From contig NC_042997.1 of NCBI RefSeq assembly GCF_006345805.1, forward strand, positions 97,216,001-97,280,000: a stretch of 64,000 nucleotides of DNA. Reading direction: 5' to 3'. This document shows positions 26,583 through 39,794 of this stretch, piece by piece (position 1 is the stretch's first letter; every line of letters starts with the position of its first letter). The translations under genes were made by a program, and so were the position numbers. This DNA comes from Octopus sinensis (taxonomy: Eukaryota). A model generated the notes under the pieces. That model did no database searches. It was given only the letters and a program-made list of their open reading frames with translations, and was not told the DNA's origin.

Positions 26583-26586
<4 letters not shown>
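26427..26586. repeat. Perfect 160-bp palindrome with no spacer
   Basis: Two 80-bp arms, centre ccatta|taatgg at 26506/26507; no mismatch found by eye. Confidence 0.92.
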
Positions 26587-26621
<35 letters not shown>

Positions 26622-26656
26622 CATACACACACACATACATACACACGCACGCATAC

Positions 26657-27426
26657 ACACAAGGTGCATTCCAGAAGTTCTTATTTTAAGAGAAGCAGTT
26701 ATAACTGTTCTAGATTATTGTACTTTTTAGTACATCATTATTATATAATAAGCTGACCTGCTCACTTTTATTATTCCAAATTGAAGGGGACAGCTGCAAC
26801 AACACTTTGAACACACCCAACTAAACACCGTTTCTCACACTTTACTAGTTTGCAGCTCATTACATTTTGTGTTAAACTGAACAAAAATGCTACAGGAACT
26901 TATGAAATGCTCCAGACTGGTTATGAATTAACTGTTTAACTGCCCAAGAGGTTCAAGGGTGGTAGAGAAAGGTGAGAGACAAGAGATGTGGGAGAGATGT
27001 GGGAGAACTGGTTGAGCAAATCTGCAGTTTTCTGGATGGAGTTTGTCATGAGTCTATAAGGACAATAAGCATACAGTTTGGAGTTGGTGTCGCAACAGTA
27101 CACAAAATTATTCATGAAGATCTCAACAATTGCAAAATTTGTGGAAAGTTTGTTCCCTGGGTGTTCAGCAATGAGTATCCTGGCAACAAACTACTTGACA
27201 GATAGGCATCAAAACTGTCCCTTTTTCTCTGTTATCCTCCCTACACTCCAAACCATGTTCTCTGTGAATCTTGTTTGTTCCCAAAACGAAGGAGAACCTC
27301 TGAAGAACTACAACAAGTACATAGTCAGAGGATCCTGCTTTGAAGGTGATTAGAGTTTTGTACTTTTTTGAAATAAATAAAAGTCCCTCCTGAAAATGTC
27401 TGAAAATCTCTGGAATGCACCTTGTA
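26657..27426 (+). mobile_element. Internally deleted mariner relic
   Basis: TIRs caaggtgcattccaga / tctggaatgcaccttg; SIRTISIQFGVGVATVHKIIHEDL..KICGKFVP. Confidence 0.85.
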
Positions 27427-27484
27427 TGTGCGTACATTACACACACACACACACACACACACATTATATATATATATATATATG

Positions 27485-27586
27485 CAGGTACCACTTTAGC
27501 ATGCAGTCTAACCCTAACCCCAATCAGGTAATTTAACAGTGTAGACTATGGATTCGGCATTAGACCACATGCTAAAGTAGCACATG
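27485..27586. mobile_element. About 100-bp MITE with internal CCCTAA units
   Basis: TIR ccactttagcatgcagtctaa / ttagaccacatgctaaagtag; ctaaccctaaccc inside. Confidence 0.6.
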
Positions 27587-27608
27587 ATGATGATGATGAT
27601 GATGATGA

Positions 27609-27646
<38 letters not shown>

Positions 27647-29024
27647 TCGTCATCGTTTAAAGTCCGTTTCCCATGCTGGCATGGGTTGGATGGTTTGACT
27701 GAGGACTGGCAAGCCAGAAGGCTGCACCAGGCTCCAATTCGTTAAATACATGGCTACATTCAAGTTTCATCTTTTTTATTTTAGATTTTGCCTATCTTCT
27801 TAGTTTTACATAGTTCGTTGGAATAGTAGAGTTCTTAAATCCATACCCAACTTTTCTAGATCTTACCAGTCTCCTTTTCAAGAATTGAACTGAATATATT
27901 TGATTTTTGTGTTGTTTCTTATATACTGATTGAATTCATGAAGATTTTCCTGCTGGAGCCTTTTTGACCATTAGCGTCATGTCTGCTTTGGCTTGGTTTC
28001 TATAGCTGGATGCTGTTCTAAACAGCAACTATTTTACAGAGAGTACCAGGTGCATATTTCATGGTACACCACTACTGAAGTCCCCATGCAGCATGCAAGT
28101 CTAAGATCCCTTCTGCTGAGTGGTGCTACAGGAGAGAGGAAAGCAGCTTTATGCATGGGGATGAGAGGCTAAATATATCAGAGAAGGGGCTGTGACAGAA
28201 CAAGTTACTTGCTATAGAGGAGCTACATGGTTACTTACTTAGAAGAGAGGGTGGAAGTAACTGGGGTGGAGCTGGACTAAGTACTGCAATTAATACAATT
28301 AACTAAATTCCTTGAAAGGACTACTCCAATTGTTGGATGGAATTTGGTTAAGATAGAGCTCTTTATTTCTTATTTCCATAATGACATGATCAATAGTTTT
28401 AACGTGGATGTACATTATTGTTAGTACATTTGTGTGAATGTATGTGCATATGTGTGTGAGTGTCTATATATACACATACATACACATATACATATATTTG
28501 TACATGCACGTCTGTGTGTATGCATGGGGGTGCATGTATGTGAGGAATGTGTTCACGAATGCAAGCTGTATTTGTATGTACATTTTGTGTGTGATTGTGT
28601 GTGTGTGTCCCTGTCCATATGTAAAAGTGGTATGTGTACATGCAAGAATAGTGTGTATATGTAAGCATAATGTGTGCATAACCATGTTGTACATGTATTA
28701 ATGTATGTATATGCGTGTGTGTGTATGATTATGTGCGTATATATGAGTAGACATGTATGTGTGTAAGAAAGCAACCTTATCTCTCTAAACAGTTCAATTA
28801 TTAAAGCGCTGTATACAAGCATCAGTGGCTACAAGAAATTCTATTTGCTTCTGTCTATGTAACCAAACATAATTATCATAATTATTCTAAAGCCAGCTCA
28901 CAATGTGAAAATATTCACCAACAAAGGCAACATGTTTTGGTATATATATATTAGTAAGTAAACAAACTTATGAAAACACACCAAAGCCCATCATAAAAAC
29001 AAAAAAACAGCTAGCTATATTAAT

Positions 29025-29472
29025 ATTGGTTTCAAATTTTAGCACAATGCCAGCAATTTTGGAGGAGATTGTAAGTCAATGACATCAACCCCAGTATTCA
29101 ACTGGTATTCATTTTACCAATCCCAAAAGAATGAAAAGCAAAGTTGACCTCAGTAGAATTTGAATGAAGAACATAAAGATGGGTGAAATGCCACTAAGCA
29201 TTTTGTTTGGCATGTTAACATTTCTGTCAGTTCACTGCCTTTTAGCTATATGAATATTGGTTTCACATTTTGGCACAAAACCAGCAATTTTGAAGGAAAG
29301 GTAAGTCAAATACATCAACCCCGGTGCTCAACTGGTACTTATTTTATCAGCCCTGGTAGGATGAAAGGCAAAGTCGACCTCAGCAGAATTTGAACTCAGA
29401 ACATAAAGATGGACAAAATGCCACTAAGCATTTTGCCTGGTGTGCTAATGATTCTACCAACTCTCTGCCCTT
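29025..29472 (-). mobile_element. Two tandem copies of SINE family 3 (CpG-decayed)
   Basis: Central motif gactttgcctttcatcct...taagtaccag on the minus strand; other copies at 8340-8465, 12545-12690, 21625-21830, 42030-42350 and 56100-56512. Confidence 0.85.
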
Positions 29473-29561
29473 TAGCTATATAAATATTAACACACGGGTT
29501 TATAGAAATAAATGCATGAGCATGTATGTGTTCATATGCACACAATTATATATATATATAT

Positions 29562-29686
29562 AAAATTATAAAGTAGAGTATCTACGAGATACCACCATGC
29601 TGAAAATATCAGCCATGAACCGACTCTAAAACCGATTCAGTTCATGGCTGCTATTTTCAGCTATCTCGTAGATACCCTAATTTATA
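29562..29686. repeat. Fold-back in TA tract (probable PLE tail fragment)
   Basis: gtatctacgagata..gctgaaaatatcagccatgaac pairs with gttcatggctgctattttcagctatctcgtagatac. Confidence 0.75.
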
Positions 29687-30274
29687 ACCTTTGAATGTTT
29701 TTTCCATGCTGAGCACTTGATAAGTTCGTTATTTTATTTTAGATTAACGATCTTATCCTTATTTATATAAATTTATATATATATATACATCACCTGTGTG
29801 ATGCCATATAAAAGCACCTATATGGTGCCACGTAGAAGCATCCAGGACACTCTATAAAGTGGTTGGTGCTAGGAAGAGCATCTATAACTATAGAAACTAT
29901 ACTAAATCAGACTGGAGTCTGATGCAGCTCCCCATCTTGCCAGCTCTAGTCACACCATCTAATCAATGCCATGTTAAATGATGATGTTGATATATATATA
30001 TTGGCGTTAGGAAGGGCATCCAGCCATAGAAACACTGCCAGATCTGACTGGGCCTGATGCAGCCTTCCGGCTTCACAGACCCCAGTTGAACCGTCCAACC
30101 CATGCTAGCATGGAAAACGGACGCTAAATGATGATGATGATGATGATGATATATATATATATATATATATATATGGGCAAATTGAAAATTAAAAATAAAA
30201 CAACAAAAGTCAAAAGGACATACACATGGAATGTATTTATTTGATGCTCAGCAAAAGGTGGAAAAAAGAGTAGG

Positions 30275-30311
30275 TGTATAACATCTCAAGCACAGTTCTT
30301 CATCAGAAAGA
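30275..30311 (-). ncRNA. Degenerate minimal hammerhead in a PLE-type fragment (about 30175-30450)
   Basis: TTT-CTGATGA-A-GAAC-TGT-GCTT-GAGA-TG-TTA; homologous to the 61480-61514 motif; GAAA mutated. Confidence 0.55.
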
Positions 30312-31963
30312 GGAGAGGAAAGGTCCTGAGAGAAGGGAAAAAGTCCAAGAAAAGTACATGTGGTTACATGGCCGAAGTGACCAGAACTGAAAACATGTGT
30401 CAGATCATGGAGAAATGGATGGGGGTTGGCAAAGGAAGGGTGTATGACTAGAGAAAAACTCAATAAATTTTGTTCAACCCATGTGAGCATGGAAAAGTGG
30501 ACATTAAAACAAGGATGGTTTCTCCAAGCTTGAGATATTACATATGTAAAAGTATGTGGTTTAATGGTTAAGGTGTTTAGCTTATGATCATAAGGTTGAA
30601 GGTTCAATTCCTGGACCAAGTACCATGTTATGTTCATTTCATGTTGTTCCAGTTTTTTAAACTGTTACCTTTTATCTTTTACTTGTTTTAATCATTTCCA
30701 CTGTGACCATACTGGGGCACCATCTTGAAGGGTTTATTCAGATGAATCAACCCCAACCCAGTATTTATTCTCTTTTGATGAACTGCTATGTTACAGGAAT
30801 GTAAACAAACCAATACTAGTTGTCAAGCAGTGGTAGGAGACAAGCACAACATACCAAACACACACAAATGCACACAAAACTGGCTTCTTTCAGTTTCCAT
30901 ACCAATTCCACTCACAAGGTTTTGGTTAGCCCATGGCAGTAGTAAAAGACAGATTCCAAAGGTGCCACACAGTGGAACTGAACACAAGATCATCTGGTGC
31001 AGAAGCAATCTTCTTAACCATACAGCCATGCTGCAGGTGCTGATGCAATCCTCTTCCTCCCTCTGTCACATCCTGGATGTTCTGCCGGATCAAGATTTCA
31101 GGAGCCAAGAAGAATGTCTGTCTGCTCACATCTATATAGAAGGCACCTAAACAATTAGTAAAACATATGGTACATGGAACCCTGTCAAACTTTCTCTTGA
31201 CTGATAGGTGGATACACAGTAATAACATCCTGAACACATGTATATGGTGCATTAATACTGAACCAACTTCATGGTTTGAGCTGAATTATTAAGCACTCAT
31301 TCATATCCTCATAATCATCAGTACGGAAGGATATGTAACCGAAATAGAATGGAAGTTATTGACTTGCAAACTAATGCATTGGAATATTAATAAATATTTG
31401 TTCTGTAAGCTATTTCTAAGACTGATACATTTGCCTGGAAAAGCATTCATTCTTATTGATGCATATGCATGCACACATACACACACGTGCATGCATACCT
31501 AAATAGAAACATACATGTACATACGCAGATACATAGGTAAACACATACATTCTCACACACACACACACAGTGAAACAAATACATACTAGCATACATACAT
31601 AACAAGAACATAAATAAATCATTTAAACTGCAATGAAATGTAATTTATATATATATATATAGATAGATACACACACACACACATATATATGCAAGCGTAC
31701 ATACATACACACATATATATGCATGCATACATACACACACACACACATATATATATGCATGCATACATACACACACACACACACATATGCATGCATACAT
31801 ACACACACACACACATACACGCATACATACACACACACATATATATGCATGCATACATACACACACACACACATACATGCATACATACACACACACATAT
31901 ATATGCATGCATACATACACACACACACACACACATACATACACACACACATATATATGCATG

Positions 31964-32033
<70 letters not shown>

Positions 32034-32039
32034 CACATA

Positions 32040-32675
32040 TTCAAAGAGAGTTAGAGGTTGTGAATCCAACCCACTAAGGGATAATATCTGTTCAATATAC
32101 TGCTGGTAGAATAGCCAATTAATACACAAGTGTTGGTTATTGCATCGCAATTACACTACTGAGTATAACAATTGGGCGAGGGTAATAAGTGGTTTTACCC
32201 TTAATTTATATAGCAAGAAGAAAATGGAGGGAATCCAGAGGTAAAATTCACCAGCTGTTAGACATTGTATTATGTCTATTTATTTAAAACAGTTCTGATT
32301 ATATACATGTGTAAAGTATTAGTAATTTCTAGAATAGAGAAAGAAGAGCAGTTTCTTACAGCTGTTTCTGCCAAGAGGTCACAGTACTTCACGTTATTTC
32401 TATCTTTTCAGTGTACAGTAGTGATCTGTAGATAAAATTAGGCTTCTTGGGCGTGCCTCTAGGCTTCATCAGAGAGTTTTATAAGACAGTCTAAGAAGTT
32501 CAGAGGGCTAACTTATGTATGTAAGAAACTGCTCTTCTTTCTCTATTCTAGAAATTACTAATACTTTACACATGTATATAATCAGAACTGTTTTAAATAA
32601 ATAGACATAATACAATGTCTAACAGCTGGTGAATTTTACCTCTGGATTCCCTCCATTTTCTTCTTGCCATATATA
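32040..32675. mobile_element. Penelope-type mini-element (minus, about 32523-32040) plus inverted partial copy (32520-32675)
   Basis: Arms of about 150 bp (32207-32360 and 32520-32675), near identical; TA tracts on both sides; hammerhead in the loop. Confidence 0.8.
32354..32475 (-). ncRNA. Type I hammerhead ribozyme with extended stem II
   Basis: TCT-CTGATGA-A-GCCTAGAGGCAC...GTGACCTCTTGGC-A-GAAA-CAGCTG-TA-AGA; palindromic stem III and GUA site; A.A mismatch at the base of stem II. Confidence 0.75.
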
Positions 32676-32722
32676 TATGCATATGTATTTATACTTCAAA
32701 TATATGTATGTATGTATGTATA

Positions 32723-32804
<82 letters not shown>

Positions 32805-32808
32805 GTGG

Positions 32809-32841
<33 letters not shown>

Positions 32842-32870
32842 ATGTATATATATATATATATAATATGTGG

Positions 32871-32912
<42 letters not shown>

Positions 32913-32924
32913 GTATATATATAT

Positions 32925-33570
32925 ACAGTTCAATCCATTATCCAAAAGCTTGACGATACCTCTTCAGAGAGGAGTGTGTGAGTTGCTCACAAGTGTACGA
33001 GTGGTTCAGACATTTCCAAGATGGCCGGAAAAATGTTGATAGTGGAGAGCATCCTGGGAGACTTGCAACCAGAAGAACTGAGAAAAACATCACAGATGTG
33101 CATGCAGCTGTGAGGGGAGATTTTTGAATCACCATCCGTGAGTTATCAAAGGATGTGCAGGTTAGTTATAGTTCAGTTCAGGTCATTATCACTGAAGATT
33201 CGGGTATGAGACATGTGTCTGCCAAGTTCATGCCAAAAATGCTTTGAGATGACCAAAAGAGCACTCAAGTTTCAGTTGCACAAAATTTCTTTGTGTCAAG
33301 ATGAAAACTTTCGGAAAACTTTGCATACACCTCTGAGCAAGCATTGCCAAGCTTTTGGCAAAATTTGATGCAGATTCTCAGCTCAACTTTGTCATGGTCA
33401 ATGCAATGAACACATGGTACTTCCAAGTACTGATGTAAACAACAAACATGAGTTAGAATGTTAAAACTTAGTGCACATGCACAGCAGAGTTCAAGGTCAA
33501 TCTGTACTGCGTGCATTAGCTTTGTTACTATGGCAACAGTCTGCATACTTATTGATCAGTCCATGTATAT
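32925..33570. mobile_element. Rearranged mariner relic
   Basis: Plus-strand [20 protein letters not shown] and GMRHVSAKFMPK; minus-strand N-terminus ELRICIKFCQKLG. Confidence 0.75.
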
Positions 33571-33584
33571 ATATATATATATAT

Positions 33585-34900
33585 ATATCATCATCGTTTA
33601 ATGTCCGTTTTCCATGCTAGCATGGGTTGGACGATTTGACTGAGGACTGGCAGACCAGATGGCTGCACCAGGCTCCAATCTAATCTGGCAGTCTTTCTAC
33701 AGCTGGATGCCCTTCCTAACACCAACCACTCCGAGAGTGTAGTGGGTTGTTTTATGTGCCACTGGCACAAGGGGTAGTCAGGTCGTACTGGCAACGGCCA
33801 TGCTGAGATGGTGTTTTTTACATGCCATCTGCACAGGAGCTAGTCCAGCAACACTAACAATGACCTCGCTCGAATATTTTTTTTCACGTGCCAGTAAGGC
33901 GACGCTAGTAATGATCACGCTCGAATGGTGCTTTTTACATGCCACCAGCACGGAAGCCAACTGGCTTCCGTGCTGGTTCTGGCAAGGGTCATGCTCGGAT
34001 GGTGCTCTTAGTGCTCTACTAGCATGGATGCCAGACATTAAATTTGATTTTGATTTCACTTGCCTCAATAGGTCTTCGCAAGCAGAGTTTAGTGTCCAAT
34101 GAAGGAAAGGTACACATAAGTAGGCTGGTTACACCCCTGACATAGGCCACACGGTTATGGTCTCACTTGGCTTGCCGGGTCTTCTCTACTTCATCCAAGG
34201 TCTTCCTGGGTCTACCTCTTCCACAGGTTCCCTCAACTGCTAGGGTGTGGCACTTTTTCATACAGCTATCCTCATCTATTCTCGCCACAAGACCATCCCA
34301 GCACAGTCATCTCTCTTGCACACCATATCTGATGCTTCTTAGGTCCAACTCTCAAGGTACTTACACTCTGTTGAGTATGCTCACTGATATTACACATCCA
34401 TCGGAGCATTCTGGCTTCATTCCTGGCGAGCTTATGCATGTCCTCAGCAGTGAAACATGCATGCCCATGTTTCACTGCTATATAGCATGGTTGTTCGTAC
34501 ACATGTGCCAAACAGTCTACCTTTTACTCTGAGCAAGAGGCCCTTTGTCATCGGCAGAGGTAAGAGCTCTCTGAACTTTGCCCAGGCTATTCTTATTTTC
34601 GTAGCTACACTTTCAGCGCAGCCTCCCCCACTACTGATTTGGTCACCTAGGTAACGGAAACTATTAACTACTTCCTTTTATATTGCTGCACCTCTCATGT
34701 GTCCATAGCTTACACTGGGTACATCTCATAGAGTTTCTACCTACGCCTTTTCTACAGATCGAACAGGGCCATCTACCTGAAGGGATTTGTGGTTTGCCAG
34801 CCTTCCTACTTATTAGGACTTTGGTTTTAGCTAGGTTGACTCTAAGGCCCTTCGATTCTAATCCTTGTTTCCACACCTGAAACTTCACCTCTAGTTTGTG
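33585..34900 (-). mobile_element. RTE-clade LINE 3' fragment with internal deletions and 3' UTR
   Basis: KGLRVNLAKTK..WPCSICRKGVG..CTQCKLWTHERC; GRGRPRKT; (CAT)n tail at about 33590. Confidence 0.9.
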
Positions 34901-34928
34901 CATATTTGTGTGTGTGTGTGTACATATG

Positions 34929-34962
<34 letters not shown>

Positions 34963-34978
34963 CATTTATATTTGTCTC

Positions 34979-35023
<45 letters not shown>

Positions 35024-35500
35024 ATAATTTATTGCAGAATAGAAGAAACATTACAGATAAGATTAATACAGACATATACAAATGTATCAGTATATATTTG
35101 TGTGTGTGTGTGTGTGTAGATACAAACAAACACAAATGCTTGACCTGGTTTAAATTGCTAAGGAGCCACTTTGTCATTGTAGGAGTGAGTAATCAGCTGC
35201 GTATTCTGTTAAAAAGATATCACCTACATTATAATCACTGGATTACTAAGAAGCATGTAAGAAAACATTAAGCAATCTAAAAACAAAGAAGAAAAATATC
35301 TACGACTCTCCTAAAATAAGTAAAACAGCCTCATACCTAAAAACGTCCAACTGACCTAGATGAGTGTGAAGATGCGTAAATCTATTTCAGAAAATAATTG
35401 AATCAAATTTCATGAAGAGGTATCTTCCTTGTCATCAACAGGCTATGCTTATTTTGGTATCCTTGTTTTTTTAAACACATACACAAACACACTGGTTACA

Positions 35501-35569
<69 letters not shown>

Positions 35570-35801
35570 ATATTTTATTCTTTTACTTGTTTGTCATTAG
35601 ACTGTGGCCATGCTGGGGCACCACCTTGAAGAATTTTAGTCAAATAAATCAACCCCAGTACTTTTCATTTTTTTAAGCCTGGTACGTGTTGTATTGGTTC
35701 TTTTTGCCAAACTGCTAAGTCACAGGGATGTAAACACACCAACACCAGTTGTCAAGTAGTGGTAGGGGACAAACACAAACACACACACACAAATAAAAAT
35801 A

Positions 35802-36183
35802 GGAACAGGAGTGGCCGTGTGGTAACTACCTTGCTTATCAACCACATGGTTCCATGTTCAGTCCCACTGCATGGCACCTTGGGCGAGTGTTTTCTACTTA
35901 TAACCTCAGGCCAACCAAAACCTTGTGAGTGGATATGGTAGACGGAAACTGAAAGAAGCCTGTTGTATATATATATGTGTGTGTGCGCGTGTGTGTGTTT
36001 GTCCTCTCACCATAACTTGACAACCGGTGTTGGTGTGTCTATGTCCCCATAACTTAGTGGTTCGGCAAAAGAGACCGATGGAATAAGTACTAGGCTTACA
36101 AAAAATAAGTCCTGGGGTTGATTTATTCGACAAAAGGTGGTGCTCCAGCATGGCTGCAGTCAAATGATTGAAAAGAATAAAAG

Positions 36184-36187
<4 letters not shown>
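35802..36187 (+). mobile_element. SINE family 1, full length
   Basis: Homologous end to end with 11582-11977. Confidence 0.9.
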
Positions 36188-36246
<59 letters not shown>

Positions 36247-36855
36247 GCAGGCCTCTTTAAGTTTCTCGGTCTCTGTCAGCCAAATCCACTCACAAGGCTT
36301 TGGTCAGCCTAAGGCTATAGCAGAAGACACTTGCCCACAGTGCCATGCAGTGAGAATGAAACTGGAACCATGTGGTTGGAATGCAAGCTTCTTACCACAC
36401 AGCCACTCCTTAAGCATTGGTGTGGGTGCTGGTGTCACTTAAAAGACGCCCAGTATACTCTGTAGAGTGGTTGGCATTAGGAAGGGCATCCAGCCATAGA
36501 AACCAAACCAAAACAGAATATGGAACCTGGTGTGGGCCCTTGGCCTTGCAAGCTGCCCAAACTATGCCAGCATGGCATTAAATGTTTATGATGATAAATG
36601 AATATATTTCTAGGAGATAAAGAGACCAGAAAGAAGCATTCTCAGCATGTGTGTTTGGCGGGGTGCATAGATGTATAGATACACATGTATATATTCTGTA
36701 AGTTTGTGAATGCGTGAGTACAGTTGTATACATGTGTGTATATTGTGAGTGTATCAATTTGAGTAAAATGTATAAATGCGTGACTTGTGTATATGCACCC
36801 ATATTCATTTGTATGTGTGAATATATGTATGTATGAATGTGCATTTATGTACATA

Positions 36856-36889
<34 letters not shown>

Positions 36890-38709
36890 TGTATAAATTA
36901 TGAATGTATGCATGTATGTCTGACTATATGTATGAATGCATGTACATATGCATGCATCCATAGAGACACATAAATGGATATATGCATGTATGTACCTAGG
37001 AATGTATACAAGTATAATCGCAGAGGGTGCACCAATGAAATGAGATTTCCCCTACCCCAACAAACTCTACTGAATCCCTACTGACTGAACTCACACATAC
37101 TAAATGCAGAATCATTTCTTTATGTCATAGTTATATACTTAACTTGTGATTAATCCTGACCCAAGAAACCAGTGAACAAAGGACTTCCAGTTATAAAAAT
37201 TCCATATTTTCCTCAGGCAAAGTCCACCTTGGACTATATTATCCAATGTGTCCTTAAAGGCAACAGAGTATGATTTGAGGGAAACTTAGCAACTATTTCT
37301 AGCAAGCTGAAACCAACATGGCTGTGAAATTAAGTAAATCACTTTGCAACAATATAACTTGAGGTCCAGTCCTGCAGCACAGTTCCTTAGAAATGTGTCT
37401 TCATTTTAGCCTTGAGTTGACCAAAGCATTGTAAATAAAATTTAGTAAACAGAAACTATGTGGAAGCCTGTTAAAGGGACTGTTCCTGTACTCATGTGGC
37501 AACTTCAATCTGTCACCAAGTTTAATAGCACTATTTGATCCTTGGGCACCTTTAGTAGAGTTTACTCTTTGGGAGTATATGGTCCCAATCTCAGGTCTAA
37601 GTATAATACCTTTACCCCAAACCAGATGAGGGTCTGAAAAAGATCCTTGGCATTGCTTCACTTCCTCTAATTAAATCATGTGAAAATAAAATAGATAAAA
37701 TGCCACATAAGCACTCAGCCAATTTCACTAGAAGCATGTAAATACCTAATAGATTGATGCTAAAAATAAATTCTATTTGATACTAAAGTACAATATTAAT
37801 CAATGCTAACAGCTAATCTAACCCAAATAGCGATACAACAATATACAAGAAAATCCAATACGTTGGTACCTTGTTTAGTGTTATTCTGTTTAACACTGAT
37901 TCACAAGTGGTAATTTTCCTTTGAGATATACTTCGTAGGATAGTATAACACTAATATAACAGAACACTCCACATGGAAATTCCATCAACTTTTGATGCAT
38001 AAATTTATATATTTTCATAATTATTGTTTTATTATGTTGAAGATTTTTTTAATAATAATTACACAAAGCATTGAGGTTATTATTAATTTTAAAAAATCTT
38101 GCTACTTCAGGTATTGTTTTGTAGAAGTACCAAATCCTCTCTGATGTCACCTTCTCTGAACATTTCCCAAATTGAATAGCTGTTCTTTGTTCAGGTTTTC
38201 TTGTATTCAGTTCCTTCTTGAAATTCTTGATATTTTACTCAATTTCCTTCATTCATGTTATTTTGTTGCATTCATTCTTTCTCTTGTTGCTTCAAGTCAT
38301 CAATTTTTTGCCATAGTGAAGGTTGTTTATCTCTTGATACCAACCCACATGAGACTATCAGTGGCTCTAAGATACAAATTTCCTATCATAAAGTGATCTA
38401 AATTAAAGCCTATCAAAATGTTGTGCTAGTATATGTTCCACACACCCCTTAAGAAATGCAAAACGATTTTACTAAATTCTTCATTATTCACGAAATTTAT
38501 TGAAACAAAGGCAATGTGATTCAAAAGAAAATGAGAATAAAATTTGTAGAGCAAAATATTTGCAGAAATGCAAAAAGTTAAAAGATTAGAATAAAAACTG
38601 GAATATTTTGTTTGTTTTTTTTACTGTTTAGCCAACCCCATTGAAGCAACAGAAGATAAAAATATCTTTCTTTCCACCAAAAAATTAATCAAAATGTTTA
38701 AGGACAAAT

Positions 38710-38942
38710 TCTGTTGTGTCTGGGGATAGTCATTTTCTTTTTGTGCCTTATAATGTAACACACTCACCGGTAAAATTTCCACTTATTTCTTTTTTATCAT
38801 TATTTTTTATATTTTTTTATTTTACCGGTGGGTGTGTTACATTATAAGGCACAAAAAGAAAATGACTCTCCCCAGACACAACAGAATAGGCTTCAACACA
38901 CGAACTCATATAAAGAATCTTGCAAACCAAATCCAAAAACGA
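38710..38942. repeat. Inverted pair of the short dispersed repeat (probable PLE tail)
   Basis: 38710-38777 is the reverse complement of about 38817-38887; same terminus aaaccaaatccaaaaacga as the copy ending at 40702. Confidence 0.8.
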
Positions 38943-39794
38943 AATAAGGAACAAATGTTTTCTTGAAAATGAAATTTTTAAGGACCGAGTGTTTTCCTGG
39001 AAAATGAAGTGAAGAAACGCAAGAAACAAGGAATCACACACTCGTGCATACTCCGACAGACACTCAAATTGTTCACACAATTTTTTTTTAATCATCATGA
39101 ATGAGAAATAGCGGGCAACTCCAAGTGCTGGAAGTTACTTAGGGTGCGGGGGTTAAAGAACACAGTTAAAGAACAAGTGTTGGCGCAATAGGACGCTGGT
39201 GAATGTCAAACATATGTGAATAAGTCATTAAAAGCTTGACTACATCAGCGAATAGAACCATCATAAAAAATACGAATGTGACAACTTCATTGTAATCAGC
39301 AAAGAAGGGGATTCATTCAAGGATCGGAAACACTGATCAGTTATCCGGGGCCCTCACAGTTCCTGATGCCCATTGCTTCGCTGTCAATGAATATGTTGGT
39401 CCCTGTTCATTGAGAACACACTTGTCTAGGAGCCCAATCAAATCTAGTGAGAGTAGAGTTCACCCTGTATGATGCTCGCAACTTAGAGATACAAATCGAG
39501 ACCTCATAAATTTCTGAAAGCGAAAGCCACACCCACTTCTGATGTAATCTCTTTTCCTCTGGTAAAATTTACGTCTGAGATCCTGGGCTCAATATTAATC
39601 TATCTATGCTGTGGTCTGCCGACACTAGTATGAACTATAGGCTTCAATGTATTGTTTTTCTCGGGGGTTAAAATCCATTCCAACGGTGATCACCCGCCTC
39701 CTTTTTCTTGCTTTCTTTTTTTTTTTCTTTTGTACTTATGTGCTAGGATCTTAGGAACACATTATCTAACGTGTTCTTTTTCACTATTTCTAGC

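Noticed and set aside
31619-32150. Overlapping Cys/Val/His/Thr-rich ORFs (also at 5956-6352, 54711-55326 and elsewhere)
   Set aside because: Translations of (CA)n, (TA)n and (TACA)n microsatellites.
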